NCBI GenBank assembly: GCA_976551045.1
Contig: CDPCPM010000026.1
Coordinates: forward strand, 9,796,001 to 9,860,000
Reading direction: 5' to 3'
Origin: Glaucostegus cemiculus
Taxonomy: Eukaryota
Length of the DNA: 64,000 bases
Positions 14,201-24,881 of this stretch are shown in pieces. The notes under the pieces are model-generated. The model was given only the letters and a program-made list of their open reading frames with translations, was not told the DNA's origin and ran no database searches. Within the stretch, counting starts at the first letter, position 1. Every line of letters begins with the position of its first letter. The position numbers and the translations under genes are program-made.

Positions 14201-15149
14201 GCAAGTTGGGAGTAAGAAAAGTAAAAGTATTTGGGAGTAGGAAGCAGCTCATGAACACAAGCAGAGAGTAGGTGGGCAAAATGGGCTGTTTTGCCGGTGC
14301 AGATTCTAATAATTCTGCACAGACTACCAAACCTGAAGGTAAATTAGAGGCTCACTACTACCGACTTTTAGCAACATAGATACTTGTTGAAGAATAACAA
14401 AGTGGAAAGGCATGAATGTTAACAAAAACCAGATGAAAAGCTTCAATAAAACTTCTTGCCTTTTCATTGTTGCACAAATCAAAAACACAAGATGAAAATA
14501 TAGTACTTCAAACACAAGATTTGGATATGAATGCTAGTTCCTCCCACATCAAAATATTACACCCAAGGGCAAATAAAGATTTTGGATGAGAAAAATTATT
14601 TGATCTGCATTAATTTATTAACTTGGTTTAAGTTAATTGTTAGAAGGATAAACAGAAGTTGAGAAAAAAAAACTGTCTCATTCATTGAGTTGTGAATGTC
14701 AGGAGCTAGAATTTACCATCCAAAAGGAGATGGAGCCATTACCAGTGGTGAGCACTTTAAGAGCTACACCCAACAAAACTATCTATCAAGAATTAGGAAG
14801 CAGTGTTAACCAAAGGCCAACTGTTGGACAGTCTGGACAGGATAAACCAAATGCAACATTATACTATTGCTTAAATGTAATGGCTTCAGGATTTCTGCTT
14901 CCACCACACTACTGATAAATCTAATGAACTCCCCAGTATTAATCCAAATGTATTCACTTACTTTTAAACCTAAGATTCCCATCTCTTGTCTAATTCATAA
15001 TTTAACATTATATTTCAAATTCTCTATTATCATTTACTGTATTTTTCATGGGATCAGCCTTCATTAACATATGCAGAACTCAAGTGAACAAATGAAACTT
15101 AATTCCAGGCATCGTGTTTGCAGATCTGTTTATTCAAAAGTTTTATGTG

Positions 15150-15830
15150 CTCCATTCTCAGTTTTAAATCACTGCATCTTTATCTTGGGACTCTCCCACT
15201 CTGGGAAACATCTCAACATCCACTCTATCATTCCTGTTTAAGGTATCATATGTTTCAATAAGCTCACCCCTCATTCTTCTACATTTCAAAAAATATAGAT
15301 CCAGAGAAAACAACCCTAGCCTAGACCATCTTTCCTCATGACTATAATTCTCCAGGCTTGTAAGAATGCCCTACACCTTCTGAAGTAGCATCACATCTAT
15401 CCTGTGGTATTACAGGCAGAACTGTGCACAACCCTCTACCTGTGGTCTAACAAGTGTTTTATACAGTTCTAATATGGCCTTCTGCTCTTGAATCCTGTAC
15501 TCAGCAAGTGTCTCATTTGCCTCCATAACATCTACTTCTACTCAGACTTTAATGGATCAGTACTTCAAGATCTCCCTGTTCCTCCACCGTCTCAGTATCT
15601 ATCATTTATTGTCCATCCATTTGCCTTATCTGCCTCTCCAAATGCATTACTTCACACTTCTCTGGATAAATTCTACTTGTCACTTTGGTGTTCACTATTG
15701 ATATCTTCCTGCATCCTTAAACTTTCATCAACCACAACGGCAATTTTGCTCTTGTCAACAAACCTCCTAATTGTAGTCCCCTTCATTTAAGTATATATGT
15801 GGAACCCCACTACATACAACCCTACGGTCA
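15150..15830 (-). mobile_element. CR1-type LINE fragment
   Basis: Reverse-strand similarity to the CR1 ORF2 C-terminus (TCAATAAGCTCACCCCTCATTCTTCT; CAGAACTGTGCACAACCCTCTACCTGTGGTCTAAC). Confidence 0.7.
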
Positions 15831-18800
15831 CTTGTGAAAACCTTAGATCCATTTTATCTGTACAGTCCCTGGAATACTTGGAAGAGAAAACATCTGCAGA
15901 TCTATAGAGAAAGATCATGGATTTGGGAATTTCAGAGTGCCTGCACAAGCATGAAGGTCTATACATTCTTCATTCTACGATTCCTTTACAATCTGTGCAT
16001 TGTAAATAAGTAGATAAATCCATACTAGAGACAGTCAGTTCCCCACTGGCATATTTTCAAAATGTATTTTCAATGCTATAGGCTGAATTTAATGTGATAA
16101 TAAGTAAGCTATCTGCACAAACTGTAACTTTACACAATGCTCTACTTAAAGGATCTTCCAAGGACAATTCACATACTTCATCTTCATTCATGTAAAATTG
16201 CTACAAAAATAGTTTACTACCAATGTTAGGAACCAGTCACTTTCTGAAAACTCAAGTTTTCTTTAAATGGGTGCTACAGTATTGCCTCTGCTACCAGACA
16301 CTATAGCAAATATAAACTCAATCTGGTTAATCTTTTTGACCTTTCAGCAAGGTCAGTTAATGGATTTCTACAAAGATACACAATGGGATACACAGTGGAA
16401 AACATTCACTTGATCGTAGTTTGATCATTTGTGTGGATAAATGCCATCTTAAGTAATAGAAGTATCCAAATAACACCATCAAGAACATACCAACTTACTG
16501 TCATCACTGAGACATTAAACAATGCATCACGTAAAATAATAAATATTTAGAATAATGTTATTGATCCTTCTCAATTGTTGTTAAGACAATTGAGATCCTT
16601 CTCAAGTGTAGTAAGAGCTGCAGTTCCACAAACAGGGAATAGGAAAAGTGGAGGGAAAGATGGAATGCATTGTAAAATAAAAATTCCAGTCTTTTTTTTC
16701 ACTTCCAGCAGCTGTTATTTTAAAATATTTCAAATGGCCTCATGCATGCTCTCTTCAAAGTTACCCATACTGTGATACAACTAAAGTGTTTCACTGACGT
16801 TCAACTAAGATCAAGTGCCTTCCAGCAAATTATATGGTGACTTTGGACCCCTTCCCACCATACAGTGGTCCCAGTGATTACATGATTTATGGTGGTGTTT
16901 GAATGAGGCAATGCCAGGAAAATGGTTGGTTAATGAGATTCTTCTACCACATTGACATCGCCTTAATTTTAGCAGAAAGTACTGAGAGCTCCGTAAATGG
17001 TCGACTTCTACTGCATGTTAAAATACTGTGGATACTGGAAACATAAAACATTAACTGTTTCCCTCTCCACAGATGCTCTCTGACCTACTGATTTTTCTAA
17101 GGATTTTTTGAACTGCAGTTTATTTTAAACAAATACTGCAGTTTGACTAAAACATAAAAGGAAATTAATGTTTGCCAGCTTTCTAAATGGAAGGAGGAAA
17201 CATTCATTCTGTCAATTTGTGGGTGCTTTTCAATTATTTAACTACACAAATAATGTCAATGCTACAGATCTATCTCCTTCACACAGCATGGATATGAAGT
17301 ATAATTGTAACCATTATTGCCATGGTAAAAACATCTGGAATTTGAATGAAATTATACTTTAAGATCACAATGTTACTTAATTCTCCAACATACTTAATCC
17401 ACAATTGAAAGGATCCCAGGCCATATAAAGTAAAATACTTGCAGGAGAAGTATGTATTTAATTTTTGTCATAATTTCATCATGGGTTTATCAATCTTTGA
17501 ATTAGCAAAACAAATGAATAACCTTTGGGTGGGAGTGGAGGAAACCTTCTGAACAAAATAAGAAAACTTTGATATAGTACAAAGTGTACCTAGAATTCAG
17601 CTGACAATTTTCCATCACAATTTTTGCAAGAAATTATTCAGGAGATTAACCTTCCAAAAATTTCTCACCACAGCAACAATGCTTCATTGAAAATGCTTTG
17701 TTGTCCAAAAGCACATGTCCCTATAAACCTGTACAACTACACAAAGCGCTCACTACAAGAAACTAACAGAAGGCAGCTGCAGTGTTTCACAATATCCGAC
17801 CCAAGCATGGATTTGGAAAATGAGTGTGGATTGGGAAAGAGAAAGTGCATTCCTCCATGTGCTGCTGGTAGGTTACTCTTTTTCACCACACAATACATAA
17901 CACAAATTTTCATTTTACCCCCCTTATAATATGACCTTATGATAGGCACTTTGCTAGCACTATACAATTTACAATTTAACTAAATAACAGAAGTGAACTC
18001 AAAAAAAACTGCTTCTTGGACATTCAGTGCTCTCAGTAATGCTATTTATTTGTCGGAACTAATGGGCACTTTCAATATTAAAAATCTCATTAGCTGTCTG
18101 AGCTGAAAGTGCACTGCGTCTATGCAAATAACTAGAGATGTACCTGTTTCTCCTTTTGCTCTGCAGTGTATGTGGACACAATAATTAGGGATCCCTATTA
18201 AACCAGATAACAAAAATACAGTAGATGCTACAGTAGATACAGCGATGGAGAGAAATAGCCTATAAATTCATTACCTTCTCATAAAGACACTGACATGGCA
18301 GGCAATGGTTCTGCATTCACTGGTATTTTTTCAGTACAATACCCAAGTGGTCATTTTACAAGTCTGAATTTAGGCAGCAAATACTGAGGGCTTGTGGAAT
18401 ATTAGTGCATCACCAGCACATCTGATCCTCCTTTTATTTATTCTTCCATACACAGAGTTTGCAGTAAGACTGATTGGAGAGAGATCAAAAAAAAGTTTCA
18501 TGGATTTTGAGAAATTCCCTACCCCAGAAATACAGCTTTATGGTGCTTCCATTTTGCCTTAGCTATGATCAGCTAATCCAAGACAGACAAGAAAAAAAAC
18601 AGCCTGGGACTTTCAAGCTTTGCTTGCCCCAGTCCTTTACCAGGTGGTGTAGATTTACTCACTGAGTCCCCAGGGAGTCTTACAACAGCATTAAATAACA
18701 ACAGAGCACTATAGTTTGACACCTTCCCCATGATTTTTATTCCATAAGTAAGACTGACAGCCCCACTGAATTATAATAGTTTGTGCTTAAGAGTTAAAGC

Positions 18801-19742
18801 AAAGTTGTACAAAAATTCTTTGCAGTATTCTGTTCCTATTTATTATAAATGGATTATTTTCTGGTTTTAAAATATTTTTCATTTTGAATTTCTGGTTTTA
18901 CATACATGAGATGATGAATGCTGAGTGACATCTGATTTCTATAATTAAAATGCTTCATACATCAATGGATGGGAAAATTATACATCATTACATTCAGCTC
19001 TAATGGGCAAAGCTAACAAAGTTGGGAATGGAATTTGCAGATCCTCAGATTGCTTGTCAGGAGGCTGTTGTTACATGGCTTCTGCTACTTTTCATCCAAC
19101 ACTCTGCAGGAACTCAAGATACAGTTTCATTCCATTCACAAGAACCCAGCTCAAGCAGATGAATTATTTTCTCCTTTTCTTTCTTTTATTAGCACACCAG
19201 CAAAGGGAGGGGGGAGATGGGGGTGGGGGGAGGAGGCACAAGGGCCCTTTAAAAAGAAAACCCTTCTCCCAGTGGTAAGAAATGTGCAGCAGCCAAGAAA
19301 CTCTTGGCTCCACGTGTGAATCCGTCTCCTGTAATCCATTCATTCACCAAGAAGTGGACCAGATGCAGGGTTAGAGCAAATTCCAAGCAGCCTTATTACA
19401 GCCAGCTTTAATAGCCATTCAAACCCATTTGGAGTAACCAGGTTTATCAACCAATTATCACCATTTTGGGCAAATTTCATTTGATTGGATGTCTTTAGAA
19501 TTTAAAACAAGTAACATACAGTGATTTAAAGTAACTAAACGCATTAGCCACTTTAAATATCATAAATCTCCACTGTGAACAACTAATAAACATTATACTA
19601 TACAGAAAACTAATGAAGAACAAATATAAGTAGGACCTAAATGCCAAAAAATGCCAATTAAATCTAATGATTATTGTGTCAGATGTATAAATATATTAAG
19701 AGAGCACATAAAGCAAACTGTTATTGAATTTTAAATCACCTG

Positions 19743-20184
19743 CCTTTGATATTGCAGTTATCAACACACTCAAACACAAATGCATTTTCCAAGTTTCCAA
19801 AAGATTAATTGTAACAACTTCAAAGCTTTCACTCGACAATGACATCTGAATCACAGACTCAACACTCGTCTTTGCACAGATAATAACCAAGCCTCCTTCT
19901 TGCTTTTCCTTTAAGGTTTCATTCACTTCAAATGATGTGCATTTTATTACATTTTACTTGAATGTAAAATAAACTATGTGCCATCATCCCACAGCAAATT
20001 ACAAAGACAAGACAGAACATTGAAAAGAGACAACAAAATTACTACATGCTCTGGACACGCATCCGATTTGCCTAGCCCAGGAAAACACCAGACATTAAAA
20101 TCACACTTAGTTACAATACGGGGGTCTGAAGAGATGTACATCTCAGTCTACTAGGCATCCTGCCAGAATCCAATCCCTTTGATG
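19743..20184. promoter_or_regulatory. TCF/LEF site cluster in proximal intron 3
   Basis: CCTTTGAT 19743-19750, TTCAAAG 19819-19825 and CCTTTGATG 20176-20184, in repeat-poor sequence. Confidence 0.45.
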
Positions 20185-20941
20185 TAAGAAAAATATCCTC
20201 TAGTTTGAGTACATTTGTAAAACCGCGGGGCAAGCTCTTTAAATAATATTTTCTTCAGTGATCACCTGGACTTTTCCCAAACTCCTGGCGCCTGTTTTAG
20301 CTGCTCAAACAGCCTCTCTTCTTCCACCCCCACCCCCAAGTAAACTATTGGGAGAAACTGACTCCAGATCTGGCTTCCCCTGTAAACCTAGGATGCAGAC
20401 ATCTGCGGGACACTTTTTTTGTTGGGGAGGGGGGAGGTGGGGAGAGGGAATGAAAAGAACATCTTTCAGATCACACATCGATTCTGAGCTTGAGCAGCCG
20501 AGCTGTTAAAAGGAAACAGGCGTGTACAAATGGGAATTTGTAACACTTTCCATATGACATCTGAATCGCGGCCGCTGCATTGTACCAACTGGTACCACTC
20601 AAGCCCGTTCTTCTAATACCCCCCCCCCCCCAACCCCCGCCACTGCGAACGTGGGTTCTCTGCAGTTTCTCGGTGAAACAGGCAACAGCTACTTGCAATG
20701 CCACACATTATCTTAGATGTTGTCTCCAAGGTAGTGTCCGTTGAGATCAGACACAGTGCGGTTCCCGGGGGGAGCTGCATGTCCAGCTTTAACAATGAGA
20801 ACGGACGGGGAGTAGGTGGGGAATCTCCTCCCTGGACCCCTCTACTTGGAAGGCAGGTTGAGCGGGGTCTCCGAGCCGGGCTGCGCTGGGGTAGGGCTGG
20901 GGAGGAGAGGGGAGGGAAGGGGGGTGGTTAGAGCCGCTTAC

Positions 20942-21066
20942 CGTGGTGGAGAGCCGGCAGCCGGCTCGCTGGAAGCCCTGCGGATGTCCAGGGACGTTCT
21001 TCTGTTTGACGATCCACTCCTCCAGCCCCTTCCGACTGAGGCAGGCATTCACCACAAAGCTGTCAC
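20942..21066 (-). CDS. nkd1: nkd1 exon 3 (125 nt; GDSFVVNACLSRKGLEEWIVKQKNVPGHPQGFQRAGCRLSTT)
   Basis: Acceptor TTTCTGTTGATGTAG| and donor ACG|GTAAGC at 20941 (phase 0). GDSF...RKGLEEWI is NKD1-type (human GDSFAVSAAWARKGIEEWI) rather than NKD2-type. Confidence 0.93.
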
Positions 21067-21198
21067 CTACATCAACAGAAAGAGCCGTGAGTTCGCTGCC
21101 ACTCAACGCCAGCGATGGCCAAACATGGACGGAACTTTTTTTTTGCAAGTTTTGCAACATCAGAACTTTTGTTTTGTTTGAGAGGAAGAGGTGCCTAC

Positions 21199-21231
21199 CT
21201 TCAGGACTCTCTCTGGGTTTACAAACGGCGG
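21199..21231 (-). CDS. nkd1: nkd1 exon 2 (33 nt; AAVCKPRESPE-G)
   Basis: Acceptor AAGCAG| and donor G|GTAGGC. The peptide matches human NKD1 AAVCKRRESPEG (recalled). Phase 1/1 is consistent with the flanking exons. Confidence 0.95.
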
Positions 21232-21312
21232 CTGCTTGGTGGAGGTGTAAAACAGCGGAAGGAAAAAAAGAAATGTGGGTTACTTTTTTTTTACAGTAAA
21301 ATGAGTATAATC

Positions 21313-21322
21313 GCTTTGATCC
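21313..21322 (+). promoter_or_regulatory. TCF/LEF consensus site (GCTTTGATCC) in nkd1 intron 1
   Basis: Matches SCTTTGATS. NKD1 is an established Wnt/beta-catenin feedback target. Function not shown. Confidence 0.5.
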
Positions 21323-21333
21323 TGCTCCCTTAC

Positions 21334-21358
21334 CATGCTTGGAGTGAAGTTTACCCAT
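21334..21358 (-). CDS. nkd1: Naked cuticle homolog 1, coding part of exon 1 (25 nt; MGKLHSKH plus first base of Ala)
   Basis: ATG at 21358 in good Kozak context (GACATGG). Encodes MGKLHSKH, matching the NKD N-terminal myristoylation motif (Gly2, Ser6). Followed by the donor G|GTAAGG at 21333. Confidence 0.95.
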
Positions 21359-21912
21359 GTCTAGCGTTCTTTCTGCATCTGCCCGTGTTTGGGGGACATT
21401 TGGAGTGCTGGATAGTCCGGGTTCAGCTGGACTCTCCGTGCTCCGGGCGGCTTAGATGGAGCCTCTCTCCATCCTGCAGCACAGCGACTGATCCCCGGGT
21501 CTGCTCCCAGCTCTTTCTCTCCGATCTGCAACCCTCCCCCTCGCACACTCACACTCACACACAGAGGGAAGAGAGGCGGCAACAAAAAGAAACTTCACCC
21601 ACCAGGGGACATGATTGACACCTCCCCGAGATTACAGCACTTCTGGCTCCGGCCCCACTTTTACTGTTGGTTGGCGGGCGGCAGATGAAAGGAGACTTGG
21701 TTCCTTTGCTGTCTCCAAAATAAAAGGGCTCCAGCAAGCACTTCCAGCCAGGCGAGAGCAGCAGCCAGGGACTGAGGAACATCAATCCACGCACAGGCAC
21801 AGCACACTTTAACATACATAAAACAAACTCTGGAAAATGCTGGAGAGGCTCGGGACCAGCGGCACAGAAAGGAAATAACGTTCCAGGTGTAGTAGTTGGT
21901 TACCACCCACCA

Positions 21913-21939
21913 AACACACACATACACACGCACACACAC
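21913..21939. repeat. Imperfect (CA)n microsatellite upstream of nkd1
   Basis: acacacacatacacacgcacacacac. Confidence 0.85.
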
Positions 21940-22492
21940 TTTCATTTCTAAATTTACCAATCCACCCCTCCACCCCCGTTTGTGCAGGAATTATTAAACT
22001 CCTGAATACTGTTGTGATATAAAAAAAACCCTAGATGCACTAAAATGGTGTTTAGCTTTCATTTCCTTTATAGCTTTAGTTATAAGACAAAAATATATTA
22101 CTGAAGAAAAGGTGTTTGAAGGAGGCTCTATGACCACTAACAGGCATACCTAAAAAGGTGCCAACCCGGTGAAACTATTACACAGGACCACTTGCATGTT
22201 AAGCCGTGGGAACAGCGGGATATAAACAGAATGTAGCAGTCTCACAACCGAGGGATCAGATCAATGCTCAGCAGTCCTACCACATCCAATCGTGAATTGT
22301 GGTGGACAACTAAACAGCTAACTTGGTGGGGATGGGTGGGGGAGTGGGAGATGTCCCATATAACATTCAGTGTTGACAAAGTCCGAAGTGTGAATGGAAG
22401 AAGCAATATAAGCAGAAATCTTTGGAAACCCAGAAGATCAGGCAGCATCTGTGGAAAGAGAAACAACTAATGTCTCAGATCTAAGGCCTTCT

Positions 22493-22545
22493 ATTGGTAT
22501 TGGTTTATTATTGTTACTTGTACCGAGGCACAGTGAAAAACTTAA
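22493..22545 (-). mobile_element. 3' tip of a non-LTR element (Rex1/RTE/L2-type tail)
   Basis: TTGGTATTGGTTTATTATTGTTACTTGTACCGAGGCACAGTGAAAAACTT is a tail with AATAAA and short tandem repeats. A related + strand tail is at about 9115-9162 (CACTGTACTTGTGCACATGACAATAGAC...ACTTGACTTGAC). Confidence 0.55.
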
Positions 22546-22754
22546 AAAGCAATGCTGAACTCTCTTTAGCTGTCTGTGGCCAGGAATGTTGAGTCAATGA
22601 TCTGTCTCTTTGTCCTTCAGTGTCCACTGTCAGAAGCTGACATTAAACTAACACAATTCACTCTGTACTCAAAACAAGGCCAAAAGCACAAGATACTGTA
22701 ACATGGCAGGACCTAAATACAACCCTGCCATAGTCTTGGAATGTTATTGCAGAA

Positions 22755-23740
22755 AGCAATTTGATAAGGTGTCACAAGAAAGGTTATTGTGGAAAATAAA
22801 AGCTCACAGTGCAAGAGGTAATACATTGGTATGGATGGAAGATTGGTTGGCCAACAGGAAATAGAGAATAGGCAAAGTAGGTCTCTTGATGGTTGGCAAA
22901 ACGTAACAAGTGGGGTGCCACAGGAATTGGTGCTAGGGTCTCAACCTGATACCACTATATGAATGACTTGACTGAAAACACCAAAGATGTGACTGCTAAA
23001 TTTGCTAATGGGCCAAAGGTTGGTAGGAAAGTAAGTTGTGAAGAGGCTACAGAGGAATATAAATAGGTTATGTGAATGGGCAGAAATCTAGCGTATGGAG
23101 TATAGTGTGGGATAATAAAGAAAAATAAAAAGCATATTGTCTGAATGGTGAAAGACTGCAGAGCTCTGAGGTGCAGAGGGATCTGGGTGTCCCTAGTGCA
23201 TGATTCATAAAAGGCTGGTGTGTAAGTACTGCAAGTAATTAAGAAAGCTAACCAAATTTTACTGTTCATTTCTAGAGGAATTGAATGCCAAAATACCGAG
23301 GTTATGCTTCATTTATTTAGGGTCTTGGTGAAATCACATTAGGAGTACTGAGTACAGTATTGGTCTCCTTTAAGGAAAGTAGTTAAGGTAATGGAATCAA
23401 TTCACAGAAGGTTTACTGGACTAATAACCGCAATGAACGAATTGTCTTAAGAGGAAAGGTCGGACATACTGGACTTGTATCTGCTGAAGTTTAGAAGAGT
23501 AAGAGATGACTTGATTAAAACATATAAGATCCTGAGAGGTCTTGACAGGGTGAATGTGGAGAGGATGATTCCTCTTATGGGACAATCTAGATCTAGGAAT
23601 CATTGTATAGTGGAGTCATCCATTTATGGCAGAGAGGAGGTGAATTTTTTTCTCTCAGAACTTCATGAGTCTTTGGAACTCTCATCCTCAAAAGGGTGCT
23701 GGAAGCAGAGACACTGAATATTCTTAAGTCAGAGGGAGAT
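22755..23740 (+). mobile_element. CR1-type LINE fragment
   Basis: FDKVS, VTSGVPQELVLG, and RRVRDDLIKTYKILRGLDRVNVERM (ORF 23475-23717). Confidence 0.9.
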
Positions 23741-23744
23741 GGCA

Positions 23745-24310
23745 CTCAAGTAGCACCCAGTACCGAACCATTTTCAACTGCATCATCAATGACCTTCCTT
23801 CCACCAGTGCATCAGCAGTAGGAATGTTCATTACATAAAGTTCGTTTCCATTTACAGCTCCTCAGATAGTGAATTAGTCCAGGCCCTCATGCAACAATAT
23901 CCAGGCAGACGGTCAACGGTTGACAGAGGGGTCGTGACCTGAAACGTTGATCACCTGCTTTTCTCCAAGGATGCTGCCTGGCCTGCTGAGTTCCTCCAGC
24001 ATCATCGTGTTTTTCATCTAGATTCCAGCATCTGCAGTCCTTTGTTTTTTAGGCATAGAAGGATATGGTCCTAATGCAGGCAAGTGGGTTCATTGTAGAG
24101 GATCAAAAAGTTTGACATGGTCATGGAGGGCTGAGGGGCCCATTTCGGTGCTGTACAACTCTCTGACTCTATACTTGTATCACAATTAACACGTAATTAT
24201 CCACACAACGCGAGCCAGTCCAGCCACCTCCCTTTGGCATTAAGTAATATTATCTTTGTTGAATCCACCAAATTCAACAATCAGGGGTAGCCAATGACCA
24301 GAACGTTACT
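23745..24310 (+). mobile_element. Older CR1/L2-group LINE RT fragment, interrupted at about 23905-24172 by a Penelope-type terminal piece and a CR1 tail
   Basis: CATCATCAATGACCTTCCTTCC (INDLPS) and downstream sequence similar to 33890-34110. The inner insert has GAAACGTTGA...GATGCTGCCTGGCCTGCTGAGTTCCTCCAGC and a CR1 terminus (CTCTCTGACTCTA). Confidence 0.6.
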
Positions 24311-24881
24311 AATTCAGCTTCATAATTACATTGATGCCTCTCAGGGCAAGCAGGACGAGTTCCTAGGAGAGAGAGCATTAATGGAATCATCACCAGCATG
24401 GGTCACATACCATTATGTAGAAAGAGATGCAGAACCCACAGCACTGCTCTGCCTGGCACCTGGCATGAACTTCTGCCCTCTCAGCTGCTGCACAACACCA
24501 TGGACAGAACTTGGTATGAATCCAGCAGCAGATTGCCCCATAGTGCAGTGTGGAGAGGCTGACTGCGAGGGCTGGTGTTGGGCAGGCTCTCTGGAGGTCT
24601 CTGGGTTAGATAGGAGACAGGAGAAAGCAGATCCCATCACATCCAACAGGAGACAATGAGAGAGTAGGATCTGTGCAGTCTGTCGACACATACAGCAGAA
24701 GCTGACAGTCCCCTCCAATGATCCACACTCACTGGCCAGGGTCTCAGTGCTAAACACCTGTCCTGCTCACCCTAACCTGCTCAACACTAACGTTCAAAGG
24801 CAACGTCTCCACACCCAACTTGGGGGTGATTCATTCCATGCAGAGCACAAATAAATGGAAGGGATTCATACCAGGTTACAG

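Larger units (their letters stand above)
1..20941 (-). other. nkd1: nkd1 intron 3 (at least 20.9 kb, continues beyond the window start)
   Basis: A canonical donor is at 20941. I found no exon encoding the expected ...RLEVALPPEK or EF-hand region by eye. Mammalian NKD1 also has a long intron 3. Confidence 0.7.
20500..21900. promoter_or_regulatory. CpG island / nkd1 promoter and 5' UTR
   Basis: Abrupt rise in GC content and CpG density (gcggccgc, ccgggcgg, ggcgggcgg GC boxes) against a CpG-depleted background, spanning exons 1-3. TSS not determinable from sequence. Confidence 0.8.

Noticed and set aside
16805-16817. 13-nt match to U2 snRNA (CTAAGATCAAGTG); a similar 13-mer at about 54432
   Set aside because: Too short, and the flanks do not extend the match.
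18270-18345. Possible nkd1 exon 4 (AAG|GTAATG donor on minus)
   Set aside because: The translation shows no similarity to the expected acidic ...RLEV segment, and there is no good acceptor.
20789-21358. The 189-aa ORF as a single-exon protein-coding gene
   Set aside because: NKD1 similarity is confined to three blocks bounded by canonical GT-AG sites, so the intervening sequence is intronic. It is kept only as an intron-retention hypothesis.
20942-21358. Assignment to nkd2
   Set aside because: MGKLHS and RKGLEEWI match NKD1 better than NKD2 (MGKLQS, RKGAEEAE), based on recalled sequences.
20698-21815. Multiple overlapping ORFs on both strands in the CpG island
   Set aside because: Expected from stop-codon scarcity in GC-rich DNA; no homology recognised.
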